Origin: Owenia fusiformis
Lineage: Eukaryota
Assembly: GCA_903813345.2 (NCBI GenBank)
Contig: CAIIXF020000001.1
Span: 310,001 to 374,000, forward strand
Length of the DNA: 64,000 nucleotides
Direction of reading: 5' to 3'
The position numbers were made by a program, and so were the translations under genes. Under the pieces are notes generated by a model. It worked only from the letters and a program-made list of their open reading frames with translations. It was not told where the DNA came from and did no database searches. Positions 25,601 through 40,600 of this stretch are shown here, piece after piece; position 1 is the first letter of the stretch, and each line of letters starts with the position of its first letter.

Positions 25601-28600
25601 ATAAGTAAATTGTTGCAGAAGAAGAAGTTCAATAGCCACAATTCAGATCAGAGAAAGTAGTTATTCAAACCCAACTAAGGTAGTAACACAATAGAATAAA
25701 CTGTTTCATCTTAAAGAATATCCAGCTGTAACAAAGAGGAGAGCATTATTTTTCTATTTCTAAAGAATGTACATTTGGCATAAAGCTATCCAAAACCAGT
25801 ATTGCACAAAAAACGATTGACTGTCACATGCAGTGCACCAAAGCTGAACAAATTACACCCCCTCACTTCTTAATACACTTCATCTCATAGTAAATACAAA
25901 TACAGTGTGTGGTTTAAGTTTGACAAACCATTCATATTGGGTCTTGGGAGAATAAATAGCATTGGACCAAGGCCCTCTGCAATTATTCCTCCTAAAACCC
26001 AATACTCATGCTTTATCCCCTAACCGAATTGAACAAAATTAAGACATAAAGGGTGTGCGTGAAATCTTAGAGGAATTTTAGAGACCTTATGGACACCCTG
26101 TATATCAGTAAAACTGTGTCCCATATTGAGCCACTCTTACCACCTGGTTCTCTTTGTATTAGAAATGCCTATGTTAATTTATACAATAACATGATAAATA
26201 CAAATACAAACCTTCATATTTGATCCAGAACCCTTTCTCAAATGAGAATGGATCATAGACTGTAGTGAAGAGCAGGGTGACCTTGTTGCTAAGGCTTGTC
26301 ACTGGAGCTATGTTCTTAGACCCACAATACCTTGCAGAGTTCTGCGTTCTGTTGTTAATACCTGCATCCAAAATTTCTTATCATTTCTGTTGTCAAATCT
26401 AATCATTATTAATGGAAAAATGTGTTTAAAACTTGTACAAAAATATTATGACTGATTTTGTTAAAAGGAATTTCTGCAAGTGAATTATGTTTATGGAAAT
26501 TCTAGAAAGGATATGATGAGAAAATAGATTTATAGTACTCGTTGAGATAAATATTCACTTGTTATAAGAAACATATCACATTCAAAAATTTATTCATATT
26601 CATGTTGCATAGTCACCATTCAGCTTTGATCAGACAAAACTATTAATTGCATAAATATGAACATGAACCTGTTATTGTAAGATGATCATCTTCACAATTG
26701 TCTGATGGTTCCACAGCAAACTCGAGGAATGTTAGTTTGATTTGTTGGCCAGGTTTGACTGTTATAATCCAAGTACACTCTTCTAGCTTGTTGTAAGGAT
26801 GGTACGGATAATTGGGACTTAGGATCTCCCCTTGAGGCTCTCGCAAGTCACCTCCACAATTAGGGAGCGCTGAAATACATTTATCAAGTACTATAGTTTA
26901 TTTATTCTTAGGACTATGATATAGATACAATTTTGAGTACTTTTATACTGAAATCAGACTTTCAGTGGTTTCGTTTCTTTATTTTGAGATGAAATTGGCA
27001 TGTCATGTTTGGCATCATTTCAAAATTGTTATTCAAGTGCTAATAATTCTTACCTTTGAAGAGTATTGAGAATCCTTTAGCTGAAGCTGTTGAAGCTGTA
27101 CTGACCAACTCCACACATATACCTTCAGTGTCAGTGGGATAGATATACTCTGGTACTTTCTTAAATGATCCTTGGTATGTTTTAAGTAAATCATCAAATA
27201 TGAATCCCTCTTTATCACAATCAATGTTATCATACACATTTACTTTATCACCAGGGTTAAGCTCCATCTCTTCAATTGTGAGCTTAAATCTCTGATCATC
27301 AGAAGCTATGATCTTCCATTGGCAGGTTTTCTTGCCAGGGTATGGGTTGGGGTAGTTCTCAGACCTGATGTAACCATTGTCAATTGTCATATTTGCTCCA
27401 CAAGAGCCAAGAATTGTAGATGGAGTTGTAAAAGGGACCTGGATACCTAATTCTGAGCCACATCCTTCTGGAGGGTAATCCCATTTGCCATTTCCTTGAC
27501 ATGTTGATACAAATGTCTTCTGGCGATTTATGATGTATGGATCATCACATGTTATGGTGATCTTGCTTCCAAATGTATTACTTTTACCAGAAACCTTGCC
27601 ATTCTTCACTTTATCAATTATTGGACATCTTACAACTGAAAAGATAATATTATTTATCCCATACTTTGACGTGTTATAGGTACATAAAGCCTGTTTGTAA
27701 AAACTTATATTTTCATCAGCGGGCAGATATAGCTTTACGTCCCGCTCCGAGCGGGCAGATATAGTATATCTGCCCGCTACGTCATAATCGCCGCTCGCAT
27801 ATTTTGTTCATAATTTGTAACGTTCGCGTAATGACTGTAAACGACATCCACTTAATCAATCAAAAATTCGAGAAAATAAATGTGGGAATATTTGAGAGAA
27901 CAGGAAAATCCGCCCACGGCCAAGAAAACAAAACTGGACATGAATATTCTAAAATATTTCCATGAACAATGTGAACCAGATGACCAAGATTGGTATGGGA
28001 TAAACATATTATCCTATAGTCGGTTCAGGATATTGGGATTATCCCTTGGCCAATATAGTATATTAAGGTCGTGAAGCCCTCGGGCAAATATATTATATTT
28101 GCCTCGGGATAATCCCAATATCCTGAACCTCATATAGGATAATCTCTATTTATCCGATGGATACTAAATATATATGGGGATACCAACACAAGATATTATA
28201 TTTCGTATACGCAACTAAAATCATATCCGATCCATATAACGTGATATCCAATCATATCCAACGGATACTATTTTAAAAAATATTTTGAAAAAAAAAATTT
28301 GAAAAATTTGAAATTTTGAAAAAAAAAGTTTTTTGAAAAAATTCAAAAAAAAATTTTGAAAAAAAATTGAAAATTAATCTGAGAAAAAATTGAAAAAATA
28401 TTTGGAAAATTTTGAAAAGTTCCCAGGTTATATGCTCAGTTAAACTGAGTTACATTTTTTTCATGCAATCATTTTATAAAAATAAGGTCACAGAAAATAA
28501 AATGAAAAAAAAAGAATAGAATTAGAAAAACAACAACTTTAGGTCAAATTATTTGAAGTCCATACAAAAATAGCGACCATCGGATAAATATAATATCCTA

Positions 28601-31600
28601 TGATTTTCTCGGCTGTCATTTTTATCCACTCTTGGATATTGCCGATCTCCACTCATTCGCTGCGCTCACTCGTGGAGATGAGCGATATCCACTCATGGAT
28701 AAAAATGGTATCCCTCAAAAATCATAGGATATCCTCTATATATTTGAAGAACCCAGTCATCAAAATTGACTGTTCCATGATGAATAAAGTTAAATTATAA
28801 CATATACATATTAAAATGGTTAACTTCATTTATACAAGTACTGCAACAATCTCCTTCAGATGGAGAAATGTTCTTGTACTTACCTATACAGTAAGGTGCT
28901 TGTCCTGTCCACTTGCCACTGCTCTGGCATGTCCGCTGTTTGTTACCCTCCAGGGCATAGCCAGTCTGGCAGGTATAGTTCACCACACTCCCCACAGAGT
29001 TACCATTCAACACAAACTTGGAGAATGGTCGCTTGTAGGGGTAGGGGCAGGTCACTCCTATAATTTAAAAATGAACAAAATAAGTATTTATCAAATGGTA
29101 CCTCACCTAAGTTGACTTTTACCTCTAATGTGGCCTTGACCTCACAACCTTAATATATAACATAGGAATTCAAAACCATAATTATGATAAATCCCAAAGT
29201 CAATCTGACTTCACAGCAATTATGAATCAACCTTCCCAAAATTTACAATGTACAGAGTGGGTAGCACCTAGTATGACTTACTTCTACAATATGGCACTGA
29301 ACCTCCCCACTGGCCACTCTCCAGGCAAGTCCTTCTAATGTTGCCCTGAACCACATAACCAGAATTGCATGTGTAGACTGCAGTGTTCCCATACTTCAAA
29401 CCATCAACTGTCACTGCACCATTGAAGATATTCCCTAGTGTTGGACAAGTCAGGGCTGAAGATGAACATAATGTATGTATTATCATTTTGAATAAACCTG
29501 TAAGCAATGCGTAGAACTTAAAATTAGTGATTTCTTAGTTTACTCAACAGGGTGCTAAATCTTAACACTGTTTTCATCAAAATATTTGAATATTACAATT
29601 TCCAGTAGGTGACAATTTATTGGCTGAAGCACTTGGTTGCTCCAATGCTTGGGAGGCAACCCAATTCAAAAATAGGGTAGGGCACTGCTAGCTTAATATA
29701 ATAGCTAGATGTTTTAAATTGTCTTCTTACATATACAACTAGGCTGTGTGCCGGTCCACTCTCCACTGGTCTGACATGTCCTAGCTGCATCACCGGACAA
29801 TCTAAAGCCAGCATCACACTTGAAGGTTATTTTCTGGTTAAATTTGAAGTCATCTCCAATCCTCTTGCCATTCACAGGATCCCCAGGGTCTCCGCATTGG
29901 CCTGGGGGTGCTACAAAAAGAATATTTAATATATCAAATGACCAGAAATTAAAGGGCCCCTTAGCCAAGACTAAAATTGAAAAAATAAGTAATGAATTTT
30001 GTGTTCTCAAATAAATGTTCATCATCAAAAATTGTCAAGATGGGGTAAAATAACATAATTGAGATTTCTGTTACGTTTAAGAAATGGAAAAGATGTCATA
30101 GTAGAGAAAAGTGAAGCACTTTGTAGTTATGACCTCATAGACACATGGGAATTGGGAAAGATGCCATGAAAGAGAATATTGTGATAATGTGTACTTTCGA
30201 CATCAGAGACACATTGCGATTGGGTAAGATACCATGAAAGACAATAGTGTGACAATACAATGTGTACTTACAACCTCATAGACACATGGGAATTGGGAAA
30301 GATGCCATGAAAGAGAATAGTGAGACAATACAATGTGTACTTACAACCTCGCAGACACATGGGAATTGGGAAAGATGCCATGAAAGAGAATATTGTGATA
30401 ATGTATACTTTCGACATCAAAGACACATTGCGATTGGGTAAGATGTCTTAATAGAGAATAGTGTGACAGTGTGTACTTACGACCTCCTGTGCACTTGGGT
30501 ATTGGGCCTGACCACTGTCTATTGAAGCCACATGTCCTGATAGAGGAGCCTTGTAGAGAATAGCCAGGAAGACAGGTGTATGTAGCTTTGCTCCCAATCC
30601 CTGAACCAGTGATTTTAACATTGCCATTTGCTGGTTTTCCAGGATTACCACAGCCAGATACTAAAACGCAAACACACAATTATCTACTTGATATTTATAA
30701 ACTAAACTATTTTAAACAAAACTCAAAATAAACACTTTTGGTATAACAGAGAATCAGATGTTCATTACTTTTTGAAAAACATACATGACATTCAATACAA
30801 CATGACGCTCTCAAGAGCATATATGTTGGTTTTAACTGGACAGAAATGAGACAGTGCCACTCAAAGAGTGAGACGAATAGAAATGGAGTAAAGAAATACC
30901 TGAGAATGGCACCGGCTAAAGTCTGTTGGAAATCATTTAAAAATGGGGGACAAGGACATAGGGCAAAAGAACAAGTATTAGCAGCTCCTAAGTTTATGAT
31001 ATATAGAAGTTAAGACAGAATGCAGCTGAATGCAGATTTCAAATTGAGAGTGAGGCCGCTTGTAGAATATGAGATATAGAGTTCCAAATTTGCTGACCTT
31101 GAACTTTCACTGAATAGAGGCCAATATTTGTTCTGAACTCGAAGGCATGAATATCATGTGAATGTCTTGTTTGATATCAACGAATGTCAACATTTAACAT
31201 AAAATAGTTCTCAAAAATCTTTCGGTGGACTGATATATAAGACACAAAAAATGTTGCAGCCATCAAGTTCTCATGAAATAAGTCTACTTACATTCACAAT
31301 CCTCTGCCTGTCCCGACCATGTCTTGTCATCTCTACACCTGAATGTTCTCTCAACAACACCGCTGGGGAATTTATATCCTTGACTGCACATATAGCGCAC
31401 AATGTAGCCATTGTCATATGAGTCACTAGGGTTAGCCACAGCAGCATTGCTAAGCTTGGGCAGGTCAGATGTTCTGCATCCAATAGCTGAAAATAATGAT
31501 ATAGTGGTACATGTATATCAGATATAGATGGCGTGTTGTCTATAATATTGCATGCAAAACAAGACATTTCATACAGATACAGAGACTGAGTGGTCCAAAA

Positions 31601-34600
31601 ATTGTTGTATTTTTCATATTACATACATTTTTTCATCTATGTATACTTATTTAATTTGAAATCGGGATACACATACCTCTATACTGTCCCCAGAATCCCT
31701 TTTCTCCAGTGAGTCCAAATATTGTCTTGAAGGTAATAGTTGCATTGTTAGAAACACTCTCCAAAGGTGCTACCTTGCCTTTGCCACATAACCTTCCGAT
31801 GTTATTTGTTATATTCACCATTCCTCTGAACTCCACATGGTCTTGGAGGCAATTCGTTGAAGATTTGACAGCAAATTCTAAAAAGGTAACCCTGGCACGT
31901 TGTCCCTCTGGGAGGTCAAGCTGCCATGTACATGTAGAGGATGGGCTATAAAGGTAGTAGGGGTAGCCAGGACTTAAGAAGTCTCCCTGCTGATCAGATA
32001 ACTTTCCACCACAATCAGCCATATCTAAAATAACATTGAAAAATTACAATAAATTCATATCAAGAATAGAATATCAGAAATATTGGAGGTGGTAAAAAAC
32101 ACTGTCAAGAATAGCATATCAGAATTATTGGATCATGTCCATGTATTTGAGGTGGTAAAGATCACTGTCAAGAAAAGCAAATCAGAATTATTGGATCATA
32201 TCCATGTATTTGAGGTGGTAAAGATCACTGTCAAGAATAGCAAATCAGAATTACTGGATCATGTCAATGTATTTGAGGTGGTAAAGATCACTATCAAGAA
32301 TAGCATATCAGAATTATTGGATCATGTCCATGTATTTGAGGTGGTAAAGATCACTGTCAAGAATAGCATATCAGAATTATTGGATCATGTCCATGCATTT
32401 GAGATGGAAAAGATCACTGTCAAGAATAGCAAATCAGAATTATTGGATCGTGTCCATGTATTTGAGGTGGTAAAGATCACTATCAAGAATAGCAAATCAA
32501 AATTATTGGATTATGTCCATGTATTTGAGGTGGTAAAGATCACTATCAAGAATAGCATATCAGAATTATTGGATTATATCCATGTATTTGAGGTAGTAAA
32601 GATCACTGTCAAGAATAGCATATCAGAATTATTGGATCCTGTCCATGTATTTGAGGTAGTAAAGATCACTGTCAAGAATAGCATATCAGAATTATTGGAT
32701 CCTGTCAATGTATTTGAGGTAGTAAAGATCACTGTCAAGAATAGCATATCAGAATTATTGGATCCTGTCCATGTATTTGAGGTAGTAAATATCACTGTCA
32801 AGAATAGCATATCAGAATTATTGGATCATGTCTATGTATTTGAGGTAGTAAAGATCACTGTCACGAATAGCATATCAGAATTATTGGATCCTGTCCATGT
32901 ATTTGAGGTGGTAAAGATCACTATCAAGAATAGCAAATCAGAATTATTGGGTTATGTCCATGTATTTGAGGTAGTAAATATCACTGTCAAGAATAGCATA
33001 TCAGAATTATTGGATCATGTCCATGTATTTGAGGTGGTAAAGATCACTATCAAGAATAGCAAATCAGAATTATTGGATTATGTCCATGTATTTGAGGTAG
33101 TAAATATCACTGCCAAGAATAGCATATCAGAATTATTGGATCATGTCCATGTATTTGAGATGGTAAAGATCACTGTCAAGAATAGCAAATCAGAATTATT
33201 GGATTATGTCCATGTATTTGAGGTAGTAAATATCACTGTCAAGAATAGCATATCAGAATTATTGGATCATGTCTATGTATTTGAGGTGGTAAAGATCACT
33301 GTAAAGAATAGCAAATTAGAATTGTTGGATCATGTCCATGTATTTGAGGTGGGAAAGATCACTGTCAAGAATAGCATATCAGAATTATTGGATCATGTCC
33401 ATGTATTAGAGGTGGTAAAGATCACTGTCAAGAATAGCATATCAGAATTATTGGATTATGTCCATGTATTTGAGGTAGTAAAGATCACTGTCAAGAATAG
33501 CATATCAGAATTATTGGATCATGTCCATGTATTTGAGGTGGTAAAGATCACTGTCAAGAATAGCAAATCAGAATTATTGGATCATGTCCATGCAGTTGAG
33601 ATGGTAAAGATCACTGTCAAGAATAGCAAATCAGAATTATTGGATCATGTCCATGCAGTTGAGATGGTAAAGATCACTGTCAAGAATAGCATATCAGAAT
33701 TATTGGATCCTGTCCATGTATTTGAGGTAGTAAAGATCACTGTCAAGAATAGCATATCAGAATTATTGGATCATGTCCATGTATTTGAGGTGGTAAAGAT
33801 CACTGTCAAGAATAGTATATCAGAATTTTTGGATCATGTCCATGTATTTGAGGTGGTAAAGATCACTGTCAAGAATAGCAAATCAGAATTATTGGATTAT
33901 GTCCATGTATTTGAGGTAGTAAATATCACTGTCAAGAATAGCATATCAGAATTATTGGATCATGTCCATGTATTTGAGGTGGTAAAGATCACTGTCAAGA
34001 ATAGCAAATCAGAATTATTGGATTATGTCCATGTATTTGAGGTAGTAAATATCACTGTCAAGAATAGCATATCAGAATTATTGGATCATGTCCATGTATT
34101 TGAGATGGTAAAGATCACTGTCAAGAATAGCAAATCAGAATTAATGGATCATGTCCATGTATTTGAGATGGTAAAGATCACTGTCAAGAATAGCAAATCA
34201 GAATTATTGGATTATGTCCATGTATTTGGGTGGTAAAGATCACTGTCAAGAATAGTATATCAGAATTATTGGATCATGTCCATGTATTTGAGGTGGTAAA
34301 GATCACTGTCAAGAATAGCATATCAGAATTATTGGATCATGTCCATGTATTTGAGGTGGTAAAGATCACTGTCAAGAATAGCAAATCAGAATTATTGGAT
34401 CATGTCCATGTATTTGAGGTGGTAAACATGACCTCCAAGGTTCTCATGATTGAAACTCAGTACCTCTAAAGGTCAAAGAGAATCCCTTTGCATCAAGTGA
34501 AGCAGCGTTCCTTGTCATCTTAATACACATTGCAGTGCCAACTGGGAATATGACATCTGGGAAGTTGGTGTTCTTGTATGTGTATGTTCTGATCTTAGTA

Positions 34601-37600
34601 TTTGGAGCATCTAGCCAATCTTCATAGCATTTATCACTCTGGTACACCTCAACAGTGTCCTAGAATAACAAATATTATTAGACTTGAATATCAGTGATCT
34701 TCTCAGTATTGAAACACCTAAGCACATGTGCAGTAAAACATGTATACCAAAACATCTTTCTATTCTGAACACCTGAACAGGTTCATTTTTCTAATCTGCC
34801 ATAGACTTCTTTGTTAAATAACTAGAAATGTGAATATCTGCTGAACACCCTTGTCTGGTCTTAGGGCCTCTATATATATGAAATTGTTTTGGTTCAATTT
34901 TTGTTATTTGCCATAGACTTCATTGTTAAATAACTAGAAATGTGAATATCTGCTGAACACCTTTGTCTGGTCTTAGGGCCTCTATATATGTGAAATTGTT
35001 TTGGTTCAATTTTTGTTATTTGCCATAGACTTCATTGTTAAATAACTAGAAATGTGAATATCTGCTGAACACCCTTGTCTGGTCTTAGGGCCTCTATATA
35101 TATGAAATTGTTTTGGTTCAATCTTTCTTATCTGCCAAAGACTTCATTGTTAAATAACTAGAAATGTGAATATCTGCTGAACACCTTTGTCTGGTCTTAG
35201 GACCTCTGTATATATGAAATAGTTTTGGTTCAATCTTTCTAATCTGCCAAAGACTTCATTGTTAAATAACTAGAAATGTGAATGTCTGCTGAACACCTTT
35301 GTCTGGTCTTAGGGCCTCTATATATGTGAAATAGTTTTGGTTCAATCTTTCTAATCTGCCATAGACTTCATTGTTAAATAACTAGAAATGTGAATATCTG
35401 CTGAACACCTTTGTCTGGTCTTAGGGCCTCTATATATGTGAAATAGTTTTGGTTCAATCTTTCTAATCTGCCATAGACTTCATTGTTAAATAACTAGAAA
35501 TGTGAATATCTGCTGAACACCTTTGTCTGGTCTTAGGACTTCTATATATATGAAATTGTTTTGGTTCAATCTTTCTAATCTGCCATAGACTTCATTGTTT
35601 AATAACTAGAAATGTGAATATCTGCTGAACACCTTTGTCTGGTCTTAGGGCCTCTATATATGTGAAATTGTTTTGGTTCAATTTTTGTTATTTGCCATAG
35701 ACTTCATTGTTAAATAACTAGAAATGTGAATATCTGCTGAACACCCTTGTCTGGTCTTAGGGCCTCTATATATATGAAATTGTTTTGGTTCAATCTTTCT
35801 AATCTGCCAAAGACTTCATTGTTAAATAACTAGAAATGTGAATATCTGCTGAACACCTTTGTCTGGTCTTAGGACCTCTGTATATATGAAATAGTTTTGG
35901 TTCAATCTTTCTAATCTGCCAAAGACTTCATTGTTAAATAACTAGAAATGTGAATGTCTGCTGAACACCTTTGTCTGGTCTTAGGGCCTCTATATATGTG
36001 AAATAGTTTTGGTTCAATCTTTCTAATCTGCCATAGACTTCATTGTTAAATAACTAGAAATGTGAATATCTGCTGAACACCTTTGTCTGGTCTTAGGGCC
36101 TCTATATATGTGAAATAGTTTTGGTTCAATCTTTCTTATCTGCCATACTTCATTGTTAAATACTTGAAATGTGAATGCCTACTGGGATAAGGGGCGTACA
36201 AACAGATACTTGTCCCACTGTACTGTACCCAGATGGGGAATTGAATAGTTGTGACACAATACTACTTTTGAAAACATTGATGTTCTTGAATAGTAATTAG
36301 AAATATAGATTTATGACCACCTACCCCAGGGTTCATCTCAAGTGCAGACATTGTAGCTTTGATTCTCCTTCCCTTTGCGCCTGTGATGGTCCACTGGCAG
36401 CTTGTTCCCTTACCATATGGCTTTGGATACCCTGGACTGGTCACTACACCAGCTTTCTGTCCACTTATTTTAGCTCCACAGCTTGAGACTGTGAAAATCA
36501 AAATTTGACGTTCAAACAAATTGTTACAATTTTACAATATACAGGGTGACAAAAAAAAACTGGAACCCATAAATCATCAACTTTCTCGGAAAGTATTATA
36601 CCTACATTCTTCATTTCTTCAGGGTAGAAACTAGACTGAATGCATAACAAAATGACACAACAATGAGTACTGTAGCTTAGATATTAATCATGCCATGGAC
36701 GACAGAAGAAAAGACTTATATTGTGAGAAAGTATATCGAGACAAAATCCTATAAAGAGACACAAACTGCCTCTATGAGAGATCATAGGGCAAGAAGAGCC
36801 CCTTGCAAGTCACAGATCTTTAGGCTTGTACAGAAGTTTGATTCAGAAGGAACTGTAAAACCAACAAAGAAGAAAGGTGACGGTAAACGAACCTATTCGG
36901 GGAGAGAGAGAGGTCTGTCAGAACTTAAGACAACTCAACAGTCAACTCAGCACGTTACATCCCTAACGTTCAAAAGTTTTGGAGAGCGCTGGGAAGACAA
37001 GGTGACTTGAGAAGGGACCAGCAATGGTTCCAACAAGATGGTGCCACACCCCACACCTCAAATGAGTTCATTCGATGGCTTCAGGCTCACTGTGGTGATC
37101 GATTAATCAGTCACCATACTCGCCACATCTGCCCCCCCTCCCCTGATTTGAACCCCCCAGATTTTTATCTGTGGGGGTATCTCAAGGATAATGTGTAAAC
37201 AGATAGTCCACTGACCATTGATGACCTCAAACTCAACATTGGAAGACTAATTAGAGATATAGACAGAGATGAATGCAGTAGGGTCATTGACAATTTTGCA
37301 AGAAGAATCCAGCTCTGCATTTAACGTCATGGTGCACATTTGGAGCACATTATCTTATCGTCCCTCATTTGGAGACTAATTGAGCTACAATGCTAAAACT
37401 TTATCATCTTGTCATACATTCAGTTGACTATACATGTACCAAATAACTAAGCTCAATATGCATCATTGAAGAAGTTATTAAGACTTAAGTGGGTTCCAGT
37501 TTTTTTTTGTCACCCTGTATTTTGTTTTCATCATTTCATTTCATTCTATTCTGCATCTTAAATCTACAATTACACCTTAATTAATTTTGCAGAAAATAAA

Positions 37601-40600
37601 ATTAGGATTGTTAGGAAAACATTGGCATGTTTTACGTTCTGTTTAATTTGTACAGTATTCCTTACAGGCACACCACTGGTAGAAATATCATAGTGTGCAT
37701 TATGAAAAGTATATGTCGAAAATCTCAATTACTTTGAATTCTAGATCACTCAATAAATGTTATGTTAGGCATGTTGCATACTTACATGTAGGAAGTGTTG
37801 TGGTTGACATGACCATCTTGGTTGTTGTCTTAAAAGTCGTCATGGTAGTTGTGGCTAGAATCATGAAATGAAAATATGTACATGTCTGTATTCTGATTCA
37901 AATTAACAATAGTACATACTAATAACTCGAATGTTCAAATTAAAATTGTACTATGTAGATCTGGGCTGTGTCTCTACAGCATTCAAAGATGAATTTAATT
38001 GAAGGAGGGTGTAATGGGAGGACCAGATTGTCTCTTTATTGTTCTTATTGAAGGAGGGTGTAATGGGAGGACCAGATTGCCTCTTTATTGTTCTTATTGA
38101 AGGAGGGTGTAATGGGAGGACCAGATTGCCTCTTTATTGTTCTTATTGAAGGAGGATGTAATGGGAGGCCCAGATTGCCTCTTTATTGTTCTTATTGAAG
38201 GAGGGTGTAATGGGAGGACCAGATTGCCTCTTCATTGTTCTTATTGAACAAGGGTGTAATGGGAGGACCAGATTGCCTCTTAATTGTTCTTATTGAGGGA
38301 GGGTGTAATGGGAGGACCAGATTGCCTCTTTATTGTTCTGATTGAACAAGGGTGTAATGGGAGGACCAGATTGTCTCTTTATTGTTCTTATTGAAGGAGG
38401 GTGTAATGGGAGGACCAGATTGCCTCTTTATTGTTCTTATTGAAGGAGGGTGTTATTGGAGGACCAGATTGTCTCTTTATTGTTCTTATTGAAGGAGGGT
38501 GTAATGGGAGGACCAGATTGTCTCTTTATTGTTCTTATTGAAGGAGGGTGTAATGGGAGGACCAGATAGTCTCTTTATTGTTCTTATTGAAGGAGGGTGT
38601 AATGGGAGGACCAGATTGCCTCTTTATTGTTCTTATTGAAGGAGGGTGTAATGGGAGGACCAGATTCTCTCTTTATAGTTCTTATTGAAGGAGGATGTAA
38701 TGGGAGGACCAGATTGCCTCTTTATTGTTCTCATTGAAGGAGGATGTAATGGGAGGACCAGATTGCCTCTTAATTGTTTTTATTGAACAAGGGTGTAATG
38801 GGAGGACCAGATTGTCTCTTTATTGTTCTTATTGAAGGAGGGTGTAATGGGAGAACCAGATTGCCTCTTTATTGTTCTTATTGAAGGAGGGTGTAATGGG
38901 AGAACCAGATTGCCTCTTTATTGTTCTTATTGAAGGAGGGTGTAATGGGAGGACCAGATTCTCTCTTTATAGTTCTTATTGAAGGAGGATGTAATGGGAG
39001 GACCAGATTGCCTCTTTATTGTTCTCATTGAAGGAGGATGTAATGGGAGGACCAGATTGCCTCTTAATTGTTTTTATTGAACAAGGGTGTAATGGGAGGA
39101 CCAGATTGTCTCTTTATTGTTCTTATTGAAGGAGGGTGTAATGGGATGCCCAGATTGCCTCTTTATTGTTCTTATTAAAGGAGGGTGTAATTGGAGGACA
39201 AGATTGCCTCTTTATTGTTCTTATTGAAGGAGGGTGTAATGGGAGGACCAGATTGCCTCTTTATTGTTCTTATTGAAGGAGGATGTAATGGGAGGACCAG
39301 ATAGTCTCTTTATTGTTCTTATTGAAGGAGGGTGTAATGGGATGCCCAGATTGCCTCTTTATTGTTCTTATTGATGGAGGGTGTTATGGGAGGACCAGAT
39401 TGCCTCTTTATTGTTCTTATTGAAGGAGGGTGTAATGGGAGGACCAGATTGCCTCTTTATTGTTCTTATTGAAGGAGGGTGTAATGGGAGGACCAGATTG
39501 CCTCTTTATTGTTCTTATTGAAGGAGGGTGTAATGGGAGGACCAGATTGCCTCTTAATTGTTCTTATTGAAGGAGGATGTAATGGGAGGACCAGATTGCC
39601 TCTTAATTGTTCTTATTGAAGGAGGGTGTAATGGGAGGACCAGATCGCCTCTTTATTGTTCTTATTGAAGGAGGGTGTAATGGGAGGACCAGATTGTCTC
39701 TTTATTGTTCTTATTGAAGGAGGGTGTAATGGGAGGACCAGATTGCCTCTTTATTGTTCTTATTGAAGGAGGGTGTAATGGGAGGACCAGATTGCCTCTT
39801 AATTGTTCTTATTGAAGGAGGGTGTAATGGGAGGACCAGATTGCCTCTTAATTGTTCTTATGGAAGGAGGGTGTTATGGGAGGACCAGATTGCCTCGTTA
39901 TTGTTCTTATTGAACAAGGGTGTTATGGGAGGACCAGATTGCCTCTTAATTGTTCTTATTGAAGGAGGATGTAATGGGAGGACGAGATTGCCTCTTTATT
40001 GTTCTTATTGAAGGAGGGTGTAATGGGAGGACCAGATTGCCTCTTTATTGTTCTTATTGAAGGAGGGTGTTATGGGAGGACCAGATTGCCTCTTCATTGT
40101 TCTTATTGAACAAGGGTGTAATGGGAGGACCATATTGCCTCTTAATTGTTCTTATTGAAGGAGGATGTAATGGGAGGACCAGATTGCCTCTTAATTGTTC
40201 TTATTGAAGGAGGATGTAATGGGAGGACCAGATTGCCTCTTTATTGTTCTTATTGAAGGAGGGTGTTATTGGAGGACCAGATTGCCTCTTCATTGTTCTT
40301 ATTGATGGAGGGTGTAATGGGAGGACCAGATTGCCTCTTTATTGTTCTTATTGAAGGAGGGTGTAATGGGAGGACCAGATAGTCTCTTTATTGTTCTTAT
40401 TGAAGGAGGGTGTAATGGGATGCCCAGATTGCCTCTTTATTGTTCTTATTGAAGGAGGGTGTTATTGGAGGACCAGATTGCCTCTTTATTGTTCTTATTG
40501 AAGGAGGGTGTTATTGGAGGACCAGATTGCCTCTTATTGAAGGAGGGTGTTATTGGAGGACCAGATTGCCTCTTAATTGTTCTTATTGAACAAGGGTGTA

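Noticed and set aside
32083-34236. 717-aa ORF as a real protein-coding gene
   Set aside because: Entirely a 63-bp intronic minisatellite, TTG start, antisense to the host, no unique domain; kept only as a low-interest finding
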